Shown here piece after piece: positions 8,063-15,836 of a stretch of 25,861 nucleotides of DNA. The position numbers and the translations under genes are program-made. Location of the stretch: assembly GCA_964448625.1 (NCBI GenBank), contig CAYUWT010000001.1:1-25861 (forward strand), given 5' to 3'. The stretch comes from an uncultured archaeon. GTDB taxonomy: Archaea > Aenigmatarchaeota > Aenigmatarchaeia > QMZP01. How positions within the stretch are numbered: position 1 is the stretch's first letter; each line of letters opens with the position of its first letter. The notes beneath the pieces are model-generated. The model was not told the DNA's origin. It made no database searches and saw nothing but the letters and a program-made list of their open reading frames with translations.

Positions 8063-8506
8063 ATGTCTGGTGTGGAAAGGCGCAGGATATTCGTGGGCCG
8101 CGAGATGCTCCCCTTGGAGGAATTGAGGGAGCATGAAACGATTAACTACGCAAGGCTTGCGGAGCTTATGGATGAGATTGTTTCTACGGGCATGCTTGAC
8201 AAGCCCATTGTGGTCGACATAAATACGAAAACCATAATAGACGGCCACCACCGCTACAACGTCTTCAGGAACCTGGGTTTTGCGGAAATACCCGTTATCT
8301 ATGTGGATTACTTCCACCCTTCCATAGTGCTCCATTCCCTGAAGCAGGTCACGAAGGAGGACGTGATAAGAACGGCCAGCACAGGCAGGAAATTTCCTTC
8401 AAAAACAACGAGGCACATGCTTGCAAAGGGCCACAAGCTGGTCCACATCTCCGACCCGGTTAAGAACGTGAACTACCCCGTTTTAATAGGGCAGATGGTG
8501 GAGTGA
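8063..8506 (+). CDS. ParB/sulfiredoxin-fold protein, short SerK/SbnI (free serine kinase)-like
   Basis: LREHE, PIVV...IIDGHHRY, IPVIYVDY and C-terminal TKEDVI...GRKFPSKTTRH; TATA-like TTTAA at 8037. Confidence 0.7.
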   Translation: MSGVERRRIFVGREMLPLEELREHETINYARLAELMDEIVSTGMLDKPIVVDINTKTIIDGHHRYNVFRNLGFAEIPVIYVDYFHPSIVLHSLKQVTKEDVIRTASTGRKFPSKTTRHMLAKGHKLVHISDPVKNVNYPVLIGQMVE

Positions 8507-8593
8507 GAAAATTTTTGCAGTTATAATAACAGGCATAGTTTCTTCGATTGCCCCAATCTTCAAAGCTTTAAAACTGATTTCCCTTTCTAATAG

Positions 8594-9676
8594 ATGGAAG
8601 CGGCAAAAAGCATAGTTGAACTGATAGGGAACACGCCCCTTGTCAGGGTAAACAGGCTTGTTTCAAACGGGGCAGAGCTGTATGCGAAGCTCGAGTATCT
8701 GAACCCCGGAGGCAGCGTAAAAGACCGCATAGGTATAGCGATGATTAATGACGCTGCTGAGAAGGGTTCGATTAGAAAAGGGATGGCAATTATAGAGCCC
8801 ACCTCAGGCAATACAGGCATAGGACTACTCCTTGCAGCCATACAGTTTGGCTGCAACATGGCTTTTACAGTCCCGGACAAGCAGAGCAAAGAAAAGGTCA
8901 ACCTCCTCAAGGCCTATGGGGGACTGGCGGTTGTTACGAGGACGGATGTGGAGCCTGAAGACCCGCGGAGCTATTACAGGGTTGCGGAGATACTGAGGAA
9001 TGTGATAAACCATGAGAAAACGCCTCCCGGCCATGAAAGGCTTGGTTCTATTGTGGACAATATCCAGAAGCTTGTAAAGGAAGATAATGCGAAGGAGCTG
9101 AAAAGGCTGCTTGAAGCGCCGGGGAAATATAGCAACGCGTTCATACCCAACCAATACAGGAACATGGCAAACCCTCTTGCCCATTACAGGACTACAGGGC
9201 CTGAGATATGGAAGCAGACTGGAGGGAAACTGGACGCTTTCGTGTGCGGAATGGGCACAGGCGGAACCATAAGCGGCGCAGGCCGGTTTCTCAAGGAGAA
9301 AAACCCTGAAATAAAGGTGATAGGGGTTGATACGGAAGGCAGCATACTTCACCACCATTTCTACGGGACCGAAGGAAAGGCATACCCCTACAAGATTGAG
9401 GGCATAGGGGAGGATTTTATACCTGAAACAACGGATTTCAGCGTGGTGGATGAGATAATAACTGTGGGGGACAGGGAGGCTTATGAAACCGCAGGGGAGC
9501 TTGCGAGGAAGGAGGGCATTCTTGCAGGGAGCTCCGGGGGCGCTGCAATGCTTGGGGCTATGAAGGTGTGCAAAAGGATGGGGAAGGGGATTGTTGTTGT
9601 GCTGCTCCCGGACGGGGGGAGAAATTACCTGAGCAAGCTTTACAATGACGAGTGGATGAGGGTGAACTTCCCATGA
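8594..9676 (+). CDS. PLP-dependent cystathionine beta-synthase / cysteine synthase family enzyme
   Basis: LNPGGSVKDRIG (PLP lysine), EPTSGNTG, GMGTGGT, IEGIGEDF. EDPRSYY is CBS-like. Confidence 0.9.
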   Translation: MEAAKSIVELIGNTPLVRVNRLVSNGAELYAKLEYLNPGGSVKDRIGIAMINDAAEKGSIRKGMAIIEPTSGNTGIGLLLAAIQFGCNMAFTVPDKQSKEKVNLLKAYGGLAVVTRTDVEPEDPRSYYRVAEILRNVINHEKTPPGHERLGSIVDNIQKLVKEDNAKELKRLLEAPGKYSNAFIPNQYRNMANPLAHYRTTGPEIWKQTGGKLDAFVCGMGTGGTISGAGRFLKEKNPEIKVIGVDTEGSILHHHFYGTEGKAYPYKIEGIGEDFIPETTDFSVVDEIITVGDREAYETAGELARKEGILAGSSGGAAMLGAMKVCKRMGKGIVVVLLPDGGRNYLSKLYNDEWMRVNFP

Positions 9677-10818
9677 GCAGCTTTGAAACCAGATGTGTTC
9701 ATGGAGGGCAGAAGCCTGACCCGACAACAGGTGCTATTGTGCCTCCTGTTTACATGACTGCAACCTATGTTCTTGACAGGATAGGAGGCTGGAAGGGTTA
9801 CGATTATTCGCGCACAATAAACCCAACGAGGGTAGCTATGGAAAATCTCCTTGCCGAGCTGGAGGGGTCAAAGCACGGCATAGCCTTTGCCTCCGGGCTT
9901 GCGGCAATCACAAGCATACTCTCCCTCCTTTCAAAAGGAGACCATGTGGTTTCAACGGATGACATTTATGGCGGCGTGTACAGGCTTTTCGAGCAGGTCT
10001 TGAAAAGGTTCGGGCTGGAGTTCACTTATGTTGACAGCTCAGAGCCTGGGAATATAGAAAGTGCAATAAAGGATAACACGAAAATGCTGTGGATTGAAAC
10101 CCCGACCAACCCCCTTCTTAAAATAACAGATGTGGAGGCTGCAGCAAAAATAGCAAAAAGGGAAAAGTTAATATCTGTTGTGGACAGCACCTTTGCAACC
10201 CCATACAACCTCCGCCCGCTCGAATACGGGATTGACATAGTGATGCACAGCACAACGAAATACATAAGCGGCCACAACAACCTCATAGGGGGCTTTGCAG
10301 CAGCAAGCAGTGATGAGCTTGCAGAAAAGCTCCGCTTTCTCCAGAACGCGATCGGAGCTGTTCCCGGTCCCATGGACTGCTGGCTTGTAATCATGGGCGC
10401 AAAAACGCTGCACTTGCGGATGGAAAAGCACGAGAAGAATGCGCGTGAGATAGCAGCATTTCTCGAATCCCACCCGAAAATAGAAAGGATTATCTACCCG
10501 GGCCTTGAATCCCACCCGCAGCACGGAATAGCGAAGAGGCAGATGAAGGGCTTTGGGGGTATGATAAGCTTTGAGCTCAAAGATGATTCTCATGCAGGCG
10601 AGCGCTTTGCGAATTCCCTGAAGCTAATTTCCCTCGCCGAAAGCCTCGGCGCTGTTGAAAGCATGCTCACCCACCCTGCAACAATGACCCACAAGAGCAT
10701 TCCAGGCGGGGAGAGGCTGGCAAGGGGGATAACCGATGGGCTGGTAAGGCTCTCGGTCGGGGTAGAGGATGTGGAGGACATAAGGGCTGATCTGGAGCAA
10801 GCCCTCGAAAAGGCATGA
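9673..10818 (+). CDS. cystathionine gamma-lyase/synthase (trans-sulfuration PLP enzyme)
   Basis: YSRTINPT, FASGLAA, ETPTNP, VVDSTFA, HSTTKYISGH, SLGAVES, RLSVGVED; ATGA overlap with the upstream stop. Confidence 0.92.
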   Translation: MSSFETRCVHGGQKPDPTTGAIVPPVYMTATYVLDRIGGWKGYDYSRTINPTRVAMENLLAELEGSKHGIAFASGLAAITSILSLLSKGDHVVSTDDIYGGVYRLFEQVLKRFGLEFTYVDSSEPGNIESAIKDNTKMLWIETPTNPLLKITDVEAAAKIAKREKLISVVDSTFATPYNLRPLEYGIDIVMHSTTKYISGHNNLIGGFAAASSDELAEKLRFLQNAIGAVPGPMDCWLVIMGAKTLHLRMEKHEKNAREIAAFLESHPKIERIIYPGLESHPQHGIAKRQMKGFGGMISFELKDDSHAGERFANSLKLISLAESLGAVESMLTHPATMTHKSIPGGERLARGITDGLVRLSVGVEDVEDIRADLEQALEKA

Positions 10819-10851
10819 TTAATGTATTTAAGCTGTTTTACGATTTTAGTT

Positions 10852-11238
10852 ATGGGCAGATCTGTGGACACAATGCCCAGGCAGTATATCAAGAAGCTCG
10901 CCGCCTATGCCCGCCAGCTGGAAGGGACTGATTCATATCCCAGTTGTCCGGAAATAAAAGGCCTGGAAGAACTCTACTGCAAATTAAAAGGACGCCCCAT
11001 CAAGCTTCTCCGCGAGATGCTGGAGTGCAACATAGTCGCCCCTGATGGTGAGTGGTCTTGCAGGGGGCCGCCAGACGTAAAGAAAAGGCTGTATGATTTC
11101 GGTCTTCTTAAAAGGGAAAAGATGCCTGGCTATGGCAGAGGTGTCCATGTCCGTTACAGATACAGGATAGCAGAGAAACAAGCCGGTCTGATAAGAGAGT
11201 TAGTGTATATTGCCTATGGAAAACAGCCATCTGGATAA
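10852..11238 (+). CDS. hypothetical protein (128 aa)
   Basis: Fills the gap between flanking genes; TTTAA at 10827 lies 25 nt before ATG 10852; no family recognised. Confidence 0.5.
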   Translation: MGRSVDTMPRQYIKKLAAYARQLEGTDSYPSCPEIKGLEELYCKLKGRPIKLLREMLECNIVAPDGEWSCRGPPDVKKRLYDFGLLKREKMPGYGRGVHVRYRYRIAEKQAGLIRELVYIAYGKQPSG

Positions 11239-11249
11239 AAGCTATTAAG

Positions 11250-11627
11250 CTATTTTCTGTCCTGCCACAGCCCTATTATATTGCCTTCAGTGTCCCTGAA
11301 GCGCGCATAAAAGCCCATATCGCCCACCGGCACTGTCGGCATAACAATCTTTCCCCCGGTCTTCTCCACCTTTTTTATGTGCTCCTCAATGGAAGGCACT
11401 TTTATCACAATTACAGGATGCTTTCCAGTCTCATCTCTCTTCACCATGCCGCCGTTTATCGCTCCCGGGGTTTTGGGCATCCCCTTCTCATCAGTTTCCA
11501 CTGTATTGACAAGGCAATAGTTCATCCGGGGAATCTCGTTGATAGACCAGCCGAAGGTCTCCCTGTAAAACTTCTGCGCCCTCTCCATATCATCCGCAGG
11601 TATCTCGAAGTGGACCACTTTGTTCAT
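11250..11627 (-). CDS. VOC / glyoxalase-bleomycin resistance family protein
   Basis: MNKVVHFEIPADD...RAQKFY..TFGW; INGGM; G.YARFRDTEGNIIGLWQ. Confidence 0.9.
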   Translation of the reverse strand: MNKVVHFEIPADDMERAQKFYRETFGWSINEIPRMNYCLVNTVETDEKGMPKTPGAINGGMVKRDETGKHPVIVIKVPSIEEHIKKVEKTGGKIVMPTVPVGDMGFYARFRDTEGNIIGLWQDRK

Positions 11628-11674
11628 AAGATGGATATCCTTTTGAAACAGAGATTTATATAGCTGCAATAAAA

Positions 11675-11962
11675 TCAAGGCAGGCAGACCGTTGGCTCAT
11701 TGTTGTCATGCGCATAATCTCCACTGAAGTCGAGATAATGCAGCCTTCCCAGGTTTTGGCTGTTCCCGAGGGTGCAGACATCATGGCAGTCAGTGCCGGG
11801 GATGGTGTGTGCAGACGGCTGGCCATGTGGCGGAGCTGGTATTGCTGCAGTGCCGCTGCAATGGGCCCTTATAACTCCGTTAGGGAAATGCGGATATGCG
11901 GCCGGCAGCGCAAGAACTACAAACATCCCGGCTATTCCCAAAACAATCAGCAGATGCTTCAT
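11675..11962 (-). CDS. small putative secreted Cys/His-containing protein (95 aa)
   Basis: Signal-peptide-like N-terminus MKHLLIVLGIAGMFVVLALPAA; TTATTAAG on the minus strand 28 nt upstream. Confidence 0.45.
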   Translation of the reverse strand: MKHLLIVLGIAGMFVVLALPAAYPHFPNGVIRAHCSGTAAIPAPPHGQPSAHTIPGTDCHDVCTLGNSQNLGRLHYLDFSGDYAHDNNEPTVCLP

Positions 11963-12106
11963 ATTTATGAAGTGACAGCAATCTTAATAAGCTTGTGTGT
12001 TCTCCACGTGGTGGAGCGGGCTTGCCATGCTGCTATTCTTTTTTATTTTGCCCCCGGTTGCCTCCCCTGAACATGCAGCCTTAAATCATACGCATCAATA
12101 ATCATT

Positions 12107-13036
12107 ATGAAAGAGACAGTCCTTGAAGTTGAGAACCTTACAAAAAGTTACCTCTCCTTCCGCGCAGTAAACGGCATATCCTTCCGCGTTCCTAGAGGAA
12201 AGGTCATAGGGCTGCTCGGCCCCAACGGGGCTGGCAAAACCACAACAATACACATGCTTTTGGGCGTAACGCTCCCTGATAAAGGGGCTATACGGTATTT
12301 TGGCCAGGATTTTTTCAGGAACAAGGAAAGCAGCCTGCAGAGGATAAACTTCGCCTCCTCTTTCAACACGCTGCAGGGCCGCATCTCAGTGAAAGAGAAT
12401 CTTCTGGTTTTCGCAAAGCTCTATGGTGTCAGGGAGGCGGAAAGCAGGATAATGGAACTTGCTGAGATTTTTGAGATCAGAGAGATACTCCCGCAGCGCT
12501 TCTGGGACCTTTCCTCCGGGCAGAAGACCCGCGTTAATCTCGTGAAGTCCCTTATCAATGAGCCGGAGCTGCTCCTCATGGACGAGCCAACCGCCTCCCT
12601 TGACCCGGATATAGCGGACAAGACCCTGTCCTTCATCGAGCAGCTGAAGAAATCAAGCGAGATAACAATACTCTATACGAGCCACAACATGGATGAGGTT
12701 GCAAGAATCTGCGATGAGGTTGTTTTCCTCGACAGGGGCAGGATTGTGGCGCATGACACTCCGCTCGGCCTGACCAAGCGCATAAAAAGCGCCACCCTGA
12801 GGCTGACATTCGACGGGGAAAAAAGGAAGGTGGAAAGATACCTCAAAACCCGGAAACAGCCCTTTTCTTTTGTGAAAGAACACGTAGTTTCCATAAGCAC
12901 GAAGGAAAAGCTCATACCGAAGCTGATATTCGGGGTAAGCCAGGCGGGAATATGGATAACGGATATTGAAGTGAAGAAACCCACTCTGGAGGACGTGTTC
13001 CTGCAGATAGCAAGGAGGAAGCATGCGGCTCCATAG
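12107..13036 (+). CDS. ABC transporter ATP-binding protein (ABC-2/drug-export type)
   Basis: GPNGAGKTT, LSSGQ, LLLMDEPT, H-loop TSH, C-terminal PTLEDVF. Confidence 0.95.
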   Translation: MKETVLEVENLTKSYLSFRAVNGISFRVPRGKVIGLLGPNGAGKTTTIHMLLGVTLPDKGAIRYFGQDFFRNKESSLQRINFASSFNTLQGRISVKENLLVFAKLYGVREAESRIMELAEIFEIREILPQRFWDLSSGQKTRVNLVKSLINEPELLLMDEPTASLDPDIADKTLSFIEQLKKSSEITILYTSHNMDEVARICDEVVFLDRGRIVAHDTPLGLTKRIKSATLRLTFDGEKRKVERYLKTRKQPFSFVKEHVVSISTKEKLIPKLIFGVSQAGIWITDIEVKKPTLEDVFLQIARRKHAAP

Positions 13037-13811
13037 GATAAAGGCAATACTTCTGCAGGAATATTTCATAACCAGGAGGTCGCTTGAGGTGATAATGGAC
13101 CTCTTCTTCTTCTCCATAATTTCAGTGATAGTGTTCGGCTTCATCTCCGCGTTCCTGGCCGGCTCCGCAAGCGCAGCTACAGCCCAGTCCCTCCTGCTGG
13201 GGATGATTCTCTGGGAAATAATACGCATAACCCAGTATTCGATGTCTGTTGGGGCTTTATGGAACATATGGTCGCGCAACCTCAGCAACATGTTCATCGC
13301 GCCCCTCTCGCTTGCTGAATACATGCTCGCGCACATGCTCTCAGGGACAGCCAAGGCGCTTCTGGCATTCGCAGGCATGTGGCTCATAGCCTCTTACATA
13401 TTCGGCTTCAACATACTTTCTCTCGGCCCGGTTAATCTTACGCTCTTTTTCGCGAACCTGACTTTATTCTCATGGTCCACAGGGATAATAATTCTCGGTG
13501 TCATATTCCGCTACGGGACAAGGATACAGGCCCTTGCATGGGGGCTTATATTCCTCTTCCAGCCTCTCACTGCAGCATTCTTCCCGGTGAGCGTTCTCCC
13601 CCCTGCGCTGCAGACAATAGCCTACCTTTTCCCGCCCACCTATGTTTTCGAGGCCGCGAGGGCAGCCCTGATAAACCCTTCGGTTGACTGGGGCATGGCC
13701 GGCCTTGCACTGGCAGAAAACATTGTTTATTTTGCCCTTTCCCTCCAGCTTTTCAGCTTCATGTTCCGGAAGTCAAAACAAACCGGCCAGTTCGCGAGGA
13801 ACGAGGGGTAA
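13023..13811 (+). CDS. ABC-2 type transporter permease
   Basis: About six hydrophobic segments, FFPVSVLP..LQ.IA..FP.TY..EA.R motif; overlaps the ATPase gene. Confidence 0.9.
   Translation: MRLHRIKAILLQEYFITRRSLEVIMDLFFFSIISVIVFGFISAFLAGSASAATAQSLLLGMILWEIIRITQYSMSVGALWNIWSRNLSNMFIAPLSLAEYMLAHMLSGTAKALLAFAGMWLIASYIFGFNILSLGPVNLTLFFANLTLFSWSTGIIILGVIFRYGTRIQALAWGLIFLFQPLTAAFFPVSVLPPALQTIAYLFPPTYVFEAARAALINPSVDWGMAGLALAENIVYFALSLQLFSFMFRKSKQTGQFARNEG
13782..13810 (+). repeat. 29-bp direct repeat, left copy (permease 3' end)
   Basis: ACCGGCCAGTTCGCGAGGAACGAGGGGTA. Confidence 0.9.
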
Positions 13812-13863
13812 TCAGCCTGCGTATGCATATATCCTTTATATTTACACAATTCAACACAGAGTT

Positions 13864-14586
13864 ATGAGTTGGGTGGGGGAGGATAATAGAGATTCTGTTA
13901 AAACATACACGCTTTCTCCAGAGGAGTTTCTGGGACCGCTTAATGATATAGAACAAAAATATGCTCCTAAGAGGTTTTATGTCGCGGGCAAACTTTCAAT
14001 TATGCGCTCTATCCCTAGAATAGCTATAATTGGTTCCAGAAAGGCAAGCCAAGAAGGTCTTAAGAGGAGTGAGGAGTTGACCGAAGCCCTTGTGAATCAT
14101 GGTGCGACCATTGTCAGCGGGCTTGCAGAAGGCATAGATACATCTGCTCACCAAACAGCTATCGATGAGGGAGGGCGGACAATAGCAGTTCTCGGCACAT
14201 CTCTTGATAAAAATTATCCGGCAAAAAACCGCAACCTTCAAAAGTTAATTATGAAAGAGCATCTTGCAGTGACACAATTCCCTTCAGGCTATCCAATCAA
14301 CCGCAGCAATTTCCCCATGAGGAACAGGACAATGGCGCTGATTTCCCACGCTTCGGTTATAGTGGAGGCTGATGATACAAGCGGCGCCCTTTCCCAGGGA
14401 TGGGAAACCATCCGCCTCGGCAGGCCGCTTTTCATAATGAAAGCGGTGATGAGCAATCGCTCTCTTACATGGCCTGCACAAATGCGCGCTTACGGAGCGT
14501 TTGTACTTTCAACTCCCGAGGAGGTGCTTGAGGTTCTGCCGCCCCCGGGGTCGAACCTTAACATGGATGCTGCTCTCAAAGCTTGA
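13864..14586 (+). CDS. dprA: DprA/Smf-like (SLOG fold) protein, core domain only
   Basis: IAIIGSRKAS, IVSGLAEGIDTSAH, TIAVLGT, FPMRNRTMA, VIVEA...SGAL; TTTATA at 13835, 29 nt upstream. Confidence 0.88.
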   Translation: MSWVGEDNRDSVKTYTLSPEEFLGPLNDIEQKYAPKRFYVAGKLSIMRSIPRIAIIGSRKASQEGLKRSEELTEALVNHGATIVSGLAEGIDTSAHQTAIDEGGRTIAVLGTSLDKNYPAKNRNLQKLIMKEHLAVTQFPSGYPINRSNFPMRNRTMALISHASVIVEADDTSGALSQGWETIRLGRPLFIMKAVMSNRSLTWPAQMRAYGAFVLSTPEEVLEVLPPPGSNLNMDAALKA

Positions 14587-15229
14587 ATACGGGGCTATTT
14601 TGTCTTATACACCGAAGCCTCAAACAGAGGATGAAAAGGCGTCACGGACTTTGATGTATAAGCTGAAAACCGATTCTGTTTCAAAAATTGGCACTGCCGA
14701 ACCATTACCATTCTCCCTATATATTGCGAAGCACATAGCAAGGAAAATCTCCGCTCTCCCATTTTCCGGTTTCTTTGGACCAAAAACAACTCTTGTGCCT
14801 GTCCCGAAAAGCTCACTGCTCAAGCAGGGGATACTTTGGGTGCCGCGCCGACTTGCAGAGGCCTTTGTTAAGGAAGGTCTGGGCGGAAAGGTAGTGGAAT
14901 ATCTTAAGCGCAAAGAAGCGCTTCCCAAAGCAGCCTTCCAGACTGATTCCAAGAATCGCCCTAGGCCTGAGGATCATTACAGAACACTTCAGGTTGAAAA
15001 AATATTTGACATTCCAAATTCCATTGTTTTGATAGATGATGTAGTGACAAGCGGTTCCGCCCTTCTTGGGTCTGCAAGCCGCCTCGCTGAAATCTTTCCG
15101 GGGGTCATTATTTCAGCTTTTGCAGTTATGCGGACAATAAGCAACCCAAATGAGTTCAAGAGCATAGAAGACCCATGCAGGGGAAAAGTCATACTGCGCC
15201 CAAATGGGACTGCCGCCCGCGAGCCATGA
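14567..15229 (+). CDS. ComF-like type I phosphoribosyltransferase
   Basis: LVPVP motif and PRPP-binding loop IVLIDDVVTSGSAL; overlaps the DprA-like gene by 20 bp. Confidence 0.85.
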   Translation: MLLSKLEYGAILSYTPKPQTEDEKASRTLMYKLKTDSVSKIGTAEPLPFSLYIAKHIARKISALPFSGFFGPKTTLVPVPKSSLLKQGILWVPRRLAEAFVKEGLGGKVVEYLKRKEALPKAAFQTDSKNRPRPEDHYRTLQVEKIFDIPNSIVLIDDVVTSGSALLGSASRLAEIFPGVIISAFAVMRTISNPNEFKSIEDPCRGKVILRPNGTAAREP

Positions 15230-15260
15230 GTAGACATGGAAAAAATGTTCCGCCTTCGAG

Positions 15261-15289
15261 ACCGGCCAGTTCGCGAGGAATGAGGGGTA
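15261..15289 (+). repeat. 29-bp direct repeat, right copy
   Basis: ACCGGCCAGTTCGCGAGGAATGAGGGGTA; 28/29 identical to 13782-13810. Confidence 0.9.
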
Positions 15290-15340
15290 GACTGTTTCCT
15301 TTATCTTACCGTAAAATGAAAATTCAATGGGGGTGGTTAC

Positions 15341-15571
15341 GTGAAAAAAGGCAGGAAGGTAAATGAAAGTTTTTGGGAAGATGGGTTTTTTGCCAAGGCT
15401 GTCAGCGAGGAGGAGATGAAGGAAAAGGCAAAGACCATCCACATGAAACATGACGAGGATATGAGATTCAGCTGCCGGAAATGCACAAGGAAAATATCCG
15501 CCCATAACAAAGACTGGCATGACGGCATGTGCGATGAGTGCTTCGATAAGGAGTATTTCCCCGAAAAGTGA
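15341..15571 (+). CDS. small hypothetical protein with two CxxC pairs (putative Zn finger)
   Basis: CRKC...CDEC; GTG start is uncertain. Confidence 0.6.
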   Translation: MKKGRKVNESFWEDGFFAKAVSEEEMKEKAKTIHMKHDEDMRFSCRKCTRKISAHNKDWHDGMCDECFDKEYFPEK

Positions 15572-15645
15572 GGCCGGGCATTTATGGCCCGCATATGCTG
15601 AAAAGATATCATTTTTTAGAATTTACGCATGTCGCTTCCGAGACG

Positions 15646-15710
15646 CTCCATGCTTTACTATTTCCCGCATTCAAACTTAAACCTGTATGCGGGAAGCTGT
15701 TAGCATGGAG
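15646..15710. repeat. 65-nt two-stem hairpin (CTCCATGCT/AGCATGGAG outer, TTCCCGCAT/ATGCGGGAA inner)
   Basis: Two perfect 9-bp stems, read directly. Confidence 0.8.
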
Positions 15711-15728
15711 AGTGGATGAAAATCATTA

Positions 15729-15748
15729 CCCGAACCTTAAGGTTCGGG
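15729..15748. repeat. 20-bp perfect palindrome, copy 4 (CCCGAACCTTAAGGTTCGGG)
   Basis: Read directly; flanks CATTA / AAGTT. Confidence 0.95.
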
Positions 15749-15773
15749 AAGTTTCTTACGTTGAGCAGTAGAC

Positions 15774-15836
15774 ACCCGCTTCAAAAAATCCCGCATACAA
15801 AGCGATCTCGTATGCGGGTAGCTTCAAGCGGCGGGT
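15774..15836. repeat. nested hairpin (ACCCGC/GCGGGT outer, CCCGCATAC/GTATGCGGG inner) with internal 7-bp direct repeat GCTTCAA
   Basis: Stems at 15774-79/15831-36 and 15790-98/15810-18; GCTTCAA at 15778-84 and 15821-27. Confidence 0.75.

Noticed and set aside
8063-8506. Chromosome/plasmid partition ParB
   Set aside because: Too short, no HTH or dimerisation domain, no ParA nearby, and the C-terminal KTTRH motif points to the SerK/SbnI branch.
13684-13863. N-terminal extension of the DprA-like ORF; likewise 14501..14566, 19222..19437 and 20700..20822
   Set aside because: They overlap upstream genes, have non-homologous-looking sequence, and a downstream ATG is better supported by TATA spacing or gene overlap.
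15568-15771. 67-aa ORF across the hairpin cluster
   Set aside because: No motif, and it runs through non-coding-type inverted repeats, so it is probably spurious.
15230-15773. GTAGAC hexamer three times (15230, 15287, 15768) as a possible target-site duplication
   Set aside because: A 6-mer is too short to separate from chance and does not bracket a coherent element.
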